Assembly (NCBI GenBank): GCA_035221665.1
Contig: CM069174.1
Location: 10,726,001-10,790,000 of the forward strand
Source of the DNA: Okamejei kenojei
Lineage: Eukaryota
Direction: 5' to 3'
DNA length: 64,000 nucleotides
The notes below the pieces were generated by a model that was given only the letters and a program-made list of their open reading frames with translations, did no database searches and had not been told where the DNA came from. Position numbers and translations under genes: made by a program. Within the stretch, counting starts at the first letter, position 1; each line of letters opens with the position of its first letter. This document shows, one piece after another, positions 54,216-64,000 of this stretch.

Positions 54216-57200
54216 TTCCCTTCACAAGGTGCAGTCGGGAATGGGCAACAAATGGTGACATCAATATCTCAAGAAATAATTATGTACTTGTTTTTTATCA
54301 CTGTTTAAGCAAGAAGAAAAGTGACCAGGCTTGTATGGTAACTCAACTTAATTGAACTAATGTCACTGACAAATGGCCTCCTTCCAAGTCTGAGCAGCCA
54401 ACACAAGCAAAGCAGTTATGTTTTTTATCAAGAGCTGGATGCTAGACCCTCACATAAAAACACTCTCCTTGAACACAGGGTGTTTGACAAAACAGTACTG
54501 GGGAAAAAGAGGGAACATTGGCCTTGATCCGGCCTTTGTCCAATCTCACATTTTCCTTTTCTGTCTGCCCCCAGCCCCCCCGCCCCTCTCTTTCTCTCTC
54601 ACACTTCCCTGTTATTCCTGAATGGAGCATTACCCCTCCTGGGCCTCACAATCTTTCGTGAAGCCAGGCTGGAGTTGTGTTGCTGCCCAGTATGCAGGGG
54701 TGGAGTCACATTGACTTCCTGGAAATCATATGACTGTCTGGCTGAAGTAAATAACAACTGGCACTCTGAATTTAAAGATGCGGACAGACTATGCCCCACC
54801 TTCAACCCCCTCCCACCCCTGTGAAGGGCATGCCACAGTCACCACATGAGTCAAGCTATGTTTTCTGCTGTTCTGGGTAATAAACGATGTGTGAGAGCAA
54901 TGATAGAACAAACAGGTGCTTTTGATTTCTTTAGAGTTCCAGGATTGATAGTATCCTTTAGTATCTTTAGAGTTCCAGGATCAGTTAGATGATATTTTGG
55001 TTTTGGGCTTGGTTTTCTTAGTTGAGCGCTTATCCTGGAGTTATAGCACAAGTATATTTGTGTTTTAATTGTAATTCATCAATGTTTAGAGCTACTCTGA
55101 CATACTCTATCCCTCCAGAAAAATGTTTTGTGAAAGTTACCAAGACGTTGATGAGAAAACTCATTTTTGCTTGTTCATTCATTCATGATTGAGGGCCTCA
55201 TGTATTTGAGGACAAAGTGAGTGTTACACAAGGTCAGTCCTGGCTTTATTAACCTGAACAAAAGAGGAAGGTTTGGAGTCAGACTTTTCACTAAAATGCT
55301 GGCAACAATAATTGTATAGAGGAATTGATGTCAGAGAGGGTCAGTGCAAATGGCTACTGGTTTCTAACACTAAAGCAGAAAGGGAGAGCAGAATGGAGGA
55401 TAGTGTGTTAGGAACACAAAGGACAGTGGAAGTACCCGAAAATGAAGTTTTCTTAATCTAGGTCTGACAAGCAGAAAGGGGAAGATGTGACTGGTAGTGG
55501 AAGTGGTGAAAGATGTTATGCTGGATGCGGAGGCTAGAGGAGTGAAAGGTGAGGACCAGGGGAACTCTATCTTTATTTTATCTGGGAGAGGGAAGGTGAG
55601 AGCAGATGTGTAGGAAATGCACGTGAAGAAAATTCACTGCCTGAAAGGCTAAGTACGTATTATACAATTTACGCATCTTTCCAAATCATCAGCAAGGAAG
55701 AAATTAGCGATGGTGTTGGGAGCTTTAAGAGCTCCCTCTTGTGAGTAAAGATATTAATGCTACTTCTAAAAGACAATTTTTGGAGGAAAAAAATCTGCAT
55801 TTCTATTGGGTAGTTTTAATTCTCCAATTTCTTTTTAAGCACGTTTTTAAACATTTGATTTCATCCCCTTTGTGGGAGTCTGGTTTGAGAGTGGACTTGA
55901 TTCATAGATTCTATGCCCTTCCGAAATCAAACCTAAATGTACTTATCCTTTGTAAATCCCAGCGTGCTCTGCCCTACTGTCACTTGTTCAAAATACGTGA
56001 ACTCCCTTCCTGACAGCATTGTGGGTATACCCATGCCTCAAGCACTGCAACGGTTCAAGAAGGCAGCTCACCCCCACCTTTTTCAGGCAATTAGGAATGG
56101 GCATAACTGCTGGCTCAGCCTAACAAACCCATACCGCTTCAATGAACAACAAATATCTTCTGCCGGGGTTCAGATCCCACTCCTTCTCCAGATTTACCAT
56201 CTAATTTTAATAATTTACATTACAGTAACAGATTGAGCGCTATCACATTGTTCTTTGTAGGAGCTTGCTGTTCACTAGTTGGGTTGTGTGCATTCTACTT
56301 TCCAACTGTGATCATACTTCAAGAGTGCTACATTGGCAGTAAAGTGCGTTGTGATGGCCCGAGTTCTTGAAAGGCACGGTAAAAGCAAGTTGGATACACA
56401 AGAGACTGCAGATGTTGGAATTTGGAGCAAAACAGGTAAAAACAAAATTTTCTTTGTTTTCACTTTAAAGTATTCAACTTATTTTTCTGATTATAGGCTT
56501 GCTTTACCCAGGGCAATCTGTTTCAAGAAATGTTGAGTGAAATTTATTGATTGATCAGGAAGCATAGCATAGCTCCTCAGCTCTTCTATGAAACAGTGCT
56601 ATGGGATCTTTCATGTCCAACTGAGCAGACAGAGCTTTGTTTAATCATATTTGAAAGGTGGCACTTCCCTCAGCACAGTTCTTCCGACACTAAGGCACTT
56701 CTTCAGCACTCCCTTTCCAGCACCGCCCCTCAAGCAATTAAACAAACTGCTGGAGGAACTCAGCTGGTCAAGCAGGGTCTGTGGAGGGAAAGGACAGTCG
56801 ACATTTCAGATGAAGACCCTTCCTCTGGACTCTCAGCCCAAAACGTCAACTATCCGTTTCCCTTCATAGATCCAGTGAGTTCTGAAGAAGGGTCTCGACC
56901 CGAAACGTCGCCTATCTCCTTCGCTCCTTAGATGCTGCTGCACCCGCTGAGTTTCTCCAGCTTTTTGTGTACCCCCGAGTTCCTCCAGCAGTTTGTTTTT
57001 AGCATCCTTTGTTACTGGCTCTCTTAGTATTCCTTCAGCCTTGGCCCTCACACGACTTGGTCCTCCTTCAGCACTACCCCTCTGTTAATGCTGCACTACC
57101 TCAGAACTATCTTCTCCAACAGTGCGGTGCTCCCACAGCACTGCTTTTCTTTCAGTGCAGCACTCCCTCGATCCTACCTTCCTCAACAAAATGGTTCTCC

Positions 57201-59730
57201 CTTGGTCCCATACTGGAGTGTCAGATTAGATTTTTCATGCTCCAATTGGGGAGTTGGTCTTGAACATTCAACTTTCAGCCATAACTGCTGTCCTTAGAGG
57301 AACAGCTACTCTTTGAGATTTTTCTTGCTTCTATTTTCCTCTTTTAATTATATCTTTGTAGATATTATTTTCATTTTTCTTTAGATACGTTCTCAGGTTG
57401 TTTTAGGGACCATGGGTATACAGATTAGTCGCAGTTAGGCAATTAGTTGGGAATCTACAGACATTGTAAGGTGATTAAGGGAATAGTATGAAACGCGAAG
57501 TGCTGGAAGAACTCAGCGGGTCAGGCAGCATCTGTGGAGGGAATGGGTGTACGACGTTTCAGGTCAGGATGCAGGAACACTAGTTCAGCTGTTACATTAG
57601 AGAGCCAGGGGTCATGCTTTCACAACAATGGATCTAATTTGAATGTTAGGTCCTTTTTTCCACTTGTCATTCATCTCATTACTGCTTATGGCAGCACTAA
57701 AATTGACAGCCACATTTTCTACATTACAATGGTGACGACACTTCTAAAATATTTCACTTGCTGTACAGCATTTTGGAATGCCCTAGATTGTGAGGGAAAA
57801 CATGAAATGGTAGCTTGTCCATCTTTAATAAGGAATTAATTTGTAGAGCCCTGACGTGATTATTGTGGAGAGATGCTGTACGTAGATCAACAGGCTGAAA
57901 ACCCCAGTATTTGTAAATCCTCTTTCCAGGGACAACACAAGTAAATCTTGCGCTGTCCACAAGAGGAAGTGGAAGCTTGTTGATTCAATCATCAATCAAA
58001 GGAAAACAGAACTTGCATTTATAACATCTTGTCACATTTCTGAATATTATCCAACCAATCTGGTATTTTTGAACTACAGTTATTGGTGCAATTTAGACAA
58101 ACAAATCGAGAAATCTGTGCTTTGTAAAATTCCACAAACTGTACATAAGCTGAGGAACAGATCGTGATTTTGTGGACCCTTTGTGGAGGAATATTGTCCT
58201 AGGACTGTGGGAGTTCCGAGATAATGTAAAACCCCAGCCATCATTTTGTCAGAACGTTTTTCAAATGTCTAGAGTAGCTGTAATAAACTGACCTGCCAAA
58301 ATCAAAATATTGCAGATGCTAGAAATCTGACATAATAACTGAAATTGCTAGAAATCCTCAGTATCTATGGGGAGAGAAAGAGTTGACTTTTGGACCTGAA
58401 CCATTAACTCTATTTCTCTGTCCATTGATAATCTCAGTCCTGCTGAGTATTTCTAGCGTTTTTGTTTTTTTTAAACTGAGTTTTGGGCATTTGCATGTGC
58501 TGATTACGATAAAAGATTCAGCACGGAAACAGGCCCTTTACCCAACGCCTCCCATCATTCACTTGTTCACACCCATCTGTGATGAGGTGGTGAAGGGGCT
58601 GTTACAGAATGGTTGATCATGGGACATGCTCCGTCTCCTGATTGTAGCTGAGTTATTCAGTGATCCGCCTAATGTGCTGCTCCACATCTTGAGGGTTGGA
58701 GCACTGACAGATTTCAGTGCGAGTCCTGGATGGCAGGTCCAGGTGAGCATTATTTTTAGAGATACAGCACAGAAACAGGAAATTCAGCCCACCTAGTCCA
58801 TGCCATTCATCATTCACCTGTTCACACTAATTCTGTGTTATCCCGCTTTCACATCCACTCCCCGCACACTCTGAACTATTTTCTAGGCCAATTGACCTAC
58901 ATTTTGCATGTTTTTGGGGCATTGGTGGAAACTGGACAAATGGAGGAAATCCACGCGGTCATAGGAAGAATGTACAAACTCCAAACAGACAGCACCCGAG
59001 GTAAGGATCAAACACGCGTCTCTGGTGCTATGAGGCAGCGGCTTTACCAGCTGCACCACCGTGCATTGTCTGAGCTACTACAATAGCTTTCCATTCACAT
59101 TTTATCATACTCTTACTCAGTGTGAACACCTTCCATTTTCTCTTTTGGTTTTTGTTCTTCTTTAGCTTTGATTGTTTTCTGCAGAACCCTTTTTCAGCAA
59201 CTGACTGCTCCACAATTAGTATCTTTTAAGCCCCTGAGTATGTTTGAGGCCTCAAGGTTCATGAACAGACACTTGTCAGCTGGTATTTACTGAGATCTTT
59301 ATTATACTTTCATTACACATAGTCTTTTGCAGACATTTATACAAATAAACCTAAAAACATTAAATGTTAGAAATAGTTATACTCATTAGTGGACTGTAAC
59401 AAGCTCTAGCAAAATGAAAAGTTTGAAATCTATGGATATTAAATAGTTTAAATATCTTATTATACATATTGAATACTTTGTTGAAAACAATCAAGTAGTC
59501 AGATACTTCTGCAACAGTTCAATTTCATTTTTTAAACTGAGTAGATGAAGTATAAATGTTTAAGAAGGAACTGCAGATGCTGGAAAATCGAAGGTGGACA
59601 AAAAGCTGGAGAAACTCAGCGGATGAGGCAGCATCTATGGAGCGAAGGAAATAGGCAACGTTTCGGGTCGAAACCCTTCAGATGAAATATAAAGACCTGT
59701 TGGCTATTTTACTATGAGAGCAAAGCATAA

Positions 59731-60108
59731 ACCCAGAGTTTAAAGCAGAATTGCTTTTAGATTTCTTGTTTGAAAGGATTTTTACTTTGATGGAAAGGGT
59801 CCTGCTTTCACGACCCAATTCACGACCTTTTTTACTCGTGGACAATTTTCATCATGCTAGAAAAACGACCCGACCTACTTGATGCCATGAGTACCTACGA
59901 CTAGCATCACGGCCCGCTACAACCTACCTACGACTTCCTATGACCTACCTACGACCTCGTGCTGCGAGTATGAGTCAAGGGCAAACTCGACAGAGGTCGT
60001 GAATTGGGTCGTGAAAGCAGGACCCTTTCCATCAAAGTAAAAATCCTTTCAAACAAGAAATCTAAAAGCAATTCTGCTTTAAACTCTGGGTGAAAGTGGG
60101 ACAGACCT
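59731..60108. repeat. MITE-derived structure with a perfect 98-bp inverted repeat
   Basis: 59731-59828 is the exact reverse complement of 59994-60091; residual TIR gaaagtgggacagacc follows. Confidence 0.92.
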
Positions 60109-60258
60109 TTAAATTGTAAAGTTAATTGGAATTGGAAGATCCAGATATCTGCTCTTTCAAATCTTTATGTGTAAAATGGGCCATATTGTTCAACACAAAC
60201 TGGATATTGTTTATTTTTCTATGGATAGTTCCTTGACAACCAGTTGCCTTTACTACAC

Positions 60259-60462
60259 TCAATAGTCTTCTGTACTATGGTGATTTGAAGGGTTTCCTGA
60301 TGGATGGCCGAAGACACGAGCCACCAAAGATGAGAATGATTGAAATCTCCGTAGAGTAACAAACATTGTGCAGTCCAAAATCCAATCATTGATCTGAAGC
60401 ACGTCTGTGGCACTGTTGTCTGTGACCTTGTAGTCTGTAGCATCGGTGCTGTTGTCCGAGAT
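60259..60462 (-). CDS. IL23A: IL-23 p19-like cytokine, last exon (helix D)
   Basis: tttcag acceptor; ISDNST...NDWILDCTMFVTLRRFQSFSSLVARVFGH...* versus human [28 protein letters not shown]. Confidence 0.8.
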   Translation of the reverse strand: MSDNSTDATDYKVTDNSATDVLQINDWILDCTMFVTLRRFQSFSSLVARVFGHPSGNPSNHHSTEDY

Positions 60463-61751
60463 CTGAAACATAAAAGTATAAAAAATTAACGAAGATGCAA
60501 AAATGATAGTACAAGTAGCTTGATATCTCATATAGTTTAGTGATTTTTCAGAATGAAGGTGTTACTGATGTTTATTGCCCATCACTAATTGCTCTTGAGA
60601 ATGTGATATTGAGCCAACTTCTTGAACAATTGCAGTGCTTCTGGTGATGATGCACCCTCTATGTTTGGGGAGGGAGCAATATGAAGGAACAGTGATATAT
60701 TTCCAAGTCAGTATGACGTGTGATGATGGGTAACCTGCAGGCTGTGGTTGTTCTCTTGTGCTTACCCATGTGTTATTGGTTTTGGAGAAACTGTCCAAGC
60801 AGCCTCGAAGACTAATTGCAGTGCACTTTGTAGATTGCATACTTGCAGCCATGGCACACGAGTGGTGGAGGGAATTAATGTTCAGGGTGGTGGATGGGGT
60901 GCCAATCAATTTTGTGGCACCCCATCCAGGCAGGTGGAGAGTGTTCCATCACACTCCTGACTTGTGGCATGCAGATGATGAGTGGCTTTAGGGTGTCAGT
61001 AGAAAGGTCACTTGCCACTTGCCTCTGCTGAGCATTTATGTGACTGGTCCAGTTGAGTGTCTGGATAATGGTGACCCTCAGGATATTGATAATGGGGCAC
61101 TCATCAATAGTAATGCCTTAGATTGTCATGGCCAGGTGGTTAGGTTTTCTTTTGTAGAGATGGTCATTGTCCGACTCTTCTATGGTGCAATGTTACTTCT
61201 ATTTTTCAGTTCATGCCTGAATTTTATCTAGGTATTACTGCATGCATAAATAGACTGATTCATTTTATAATGTTCAATTCAATTCACCACCCAGTAATCA
61301 GTGAACATCTCTACTTCTGACCTTATGATGGAAGGAAGTATGTTGATGAACCAGCTAAAAAAATGTTATCATTTATGGTTGTTTGGTCCAAAGCTACATC
61401 CTTCAAATGAGACTTCTTGATCCAACTGTTCTCAAGCTATTGCACAAATAGGTTGTGTTATCTTTCTATAATTAATACATCCCGTAATCTATGTTTATTT
61501 CCCTAGCCACTGAAATTGGACCTTGGCTTGAGAATTTTCAAAATAATACAATCATTTAAAGCAATACACAATCCGGGGTTTCTTCTCAAGGCATCAAGGC
61601 TTGGAAAATCTGTTGCTCTATGTTACAAAAAAAGTAATTTAGTAAGCTTGGGATGGAGTCAGGCACAACTTAAAAATCCACAATCAATCCTTCACACCTT
61701 GCAAATTACCATCCTATCTCCAAATGTCTTGTTTGTAGAATAACATATTAC

Positions 61752-61901
61752 CTTGATTGACTTTAGGAGATCCAAGGAAATTTTTGAAAGATTATTCGCA
61801 AATGTCCAAATGTCACTGTGTTTTGATGCTCTCACTTTTCCCAGTTGGTTAAACTGATTGTGGTAATATAACAAGCCTTCCTTTATTTTCTTCAGGCAGG
61901 T
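61752..61901 (-). CDS. IL23A: IL-23 p19-like cytokine, penultimate exon (helices B and C)
   Basis: ctctttcag|TCLKKIKEGLLYYHNQF...LSKISLDLLKSIK|gtaata, 150 nt, phase 0; versus human FCLQRIHQGLIFYEKLL. Confidence 0.82.
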
Positions 61902-63018
61902 CTGAAAGAGTAAAAAGGGAATGTTACTACGAGTAGAACCAATGTTTTAGGTATTTGCCTGTGTCCATGCTAACATCCAGTCCCATAACCCAAAAACTAA
62001 GCAATTTCCACGAGGGCCTCTGAATATCAATGGCAGTGGCAACACAACGTTTGTAACATAGTGGCCACTTTTAGTGAGTGGTTAAGCATTTGAATGGACC
62101 GAGCCAGAGAGTTTCTTCATTTGTAAGGATTCACACCATGGAACCATATGCAGAGTGGCAGTGGGGACATTTCTGTAAACACAAATTGTGCACTAAATTC
62201 ATCCTCCGCATGACTCTTACAGAAGCCAGACAAAGAAACAGTGGAAGTCAGCAATATCAGGGATTGTCTGTCAAAGCCTGCAAGTTTCATGTTGTGCTAT
62301 ATGGTGAGAAATGTATACATTGATCAAAAGGAAGAAAAGCATTTCAGAGCAATGGAGATTGGGGGGAAAGGTGGGATTGAAATCTCACTATATTAAATCA
62401 TTCAAACAACAAAGATCCTAGCACTGATCCTTGTGGAACACCACTGGTCACTGACCTTCAATCAGAAAAATGCCTTTCTACCGTTGTCTTTTATTCCATT
62501 TGTTTTGTCCTGTTAACCAAGGACCACCATTAAACAACTCCACAATTTCTGTGAGCCAATCCTACTCAGGAAGAGGAGGGGAATGGAAATAAAGGATTAT
62601 CAAAAATGTTTCTTTTTAATATCATGGGGTCAAACTACAATAAACCAGAAAATTAATAGATGAGATTAGTCTTCAAGCAAGTCAAAATATCCAGCACTAA
62701 CCAGAGCACAATGGTTTAAATCAAATCATATGAATAGGAATGTGGGTAGGATTTATTCCCCTATTGGTTTGTCAAGATGATTCGTCAGAGAGCAACCAGA
62801 GCATCCTACATTACAGTGGGACAAGAGTCCCATCAACCAGCTAAGGTTTCTTCTCTTCAGGACATCAGTAAGCCAGATGGGCTTTTCTAACAATTCACCA
62901 GCTTCATAGTTATAGAGACTAACTTTTCTCTAAAAATAACCACTCCTACAGCTGCACTTTCAGTCATTACTCCAGCAACATGACAAATCTACTGCCAATC
63001 CTGCCAGTTGCAGCTTAC

Positions 63019-63120
63019 CTCCGGCACAGTCCTGAGTGTGTTGGGGTCACAGTTGTCACTGATTTCTATGCGTGGGATATTGTCACTGCCATTCAGCTGA
63101 AGATTTTCCGAACAGCCCTC
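63019..63120 (-). CDS. IL23A: IL-23 p19-like cytokine, exon 2 (AB loop); exon 1 apparently outside the window
   Basis: ggcag|EGCSENLQLNGSDNIPRIEISDNCDPNTLRTVPE|gtaagc, 102 nt, phase 0; versus human [21 protein letters not shown]. Confidence 0.82.
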
Positions 63121-64000
63121 CTGCCGAGAAAATAAAATCAAAGTTCTGATTATTGTGTTTGTGACTCAAACATGCTACTAGTTATGTGCGAAAGAACTGT
63201 AGATGCTGGATAAAATCGAAGGTAGACACAAAGTGCTGGAGTAACTCAGCGGGTAAGGCAGCATTTATGGAGAGAAGGAATGGATGATGTTTTTCGGGTC
63301 GAGACCCTTCTTCAGACTGATGTCGGATGCAGGGTGGGAAGAAGTGTAGTCAAGATAGCTATGGGAGTCAGTGGGTTTGTAGTAGATGTCGGTCAGTAGT
63401 CTGTTACCTGCGATGGAAACGGTGAGATCTGGACACGGTAGGGAGATGTCTGAAATGGTCCAGGTGAATTTGAGTGCCGGATGGAAATTAGTGGTGAAAT
63501 TAGGGGCTACTAGTTAGTTGTTCATGATCATAGTATTGAAATCTGACACAGTGCTGTTTGCCACTTAACCCAGTCACAGCTGCAAGTCTGAATCTCCTAA
63601 CATCCAAAGACCACTAAGAAATACTCTTGTGTTGTTTTGTTGAATTCACAACCTCCCTGTCATCCACCTAACCCCAATCTCTATCCCGTTAGAACTCTGC
63701 ACAACAACAACTTGTGTTTTTCGAGGATGTGTAAGCAACACAGATGTCAAATAAATGAACCAAATCAGGAGTTCTTTAGGTAAGTTACCAAAGGCTCGGT
63801 CAGAGAGAATCAAAACAAAATTCCAGAATGCACCGTGTCAACTCACCAAGACTCAGACAGCACCTTCCAACCCCATTACCTCAACCAGCTAGAAGGACCA
63901 GGACAGCAAAAACATGAACATCACCGCCTGGAAGTTGCCCTCCCATCCCCCACCGACCTGACTTGGAAATACATTATCGTTCCTTCACTGTTACTGGATC

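Noticed and set aside
63840-64000. Candidate exon 1 of the IL23A-like gene (minus-strand GTGAGT near 63846)
   Set aside because: The sequence matches the old repeat family also seen near 48900-49050, and no convincing signal peptide plus helix A is encoded

Overview
Vertebrate genomic DNA, most likely a cartilaginous fish (inferred from HE1/V-SINE, CR1 and Penelope repeat content). The window is syntenic with human 12q13-14. In order: an orphan EEF1AKMT3/METTL21B-like exon 1 abutting a CR1 tail (+); complete TSFM (6 coding exons, +); complete advillin AVIL (19 coding exons, 817 aa, -); an intact miR-26 hairpin inside what looks like an eroded, non-catalytic CTDSP2 host gene (-); a repeat-dense interval (CR1, Penelope with hammerhead-like motifs, a Harbinger transposase fossil, MITEs); and the last three exons of an IL-23 p19 (IL23A)-like cytokine (-) that the ORF track does not assemble. 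Main highlights: the p19-like gene lacking the p40-linking cysteine, the CTDSP2 fossil that kept its miRNA, and a perfect 98-bp inverted repeat just downstream of the cytokine stop codon. All exon calls were read and translated by hand; homologies are from recalled protein sequences, not database searches.
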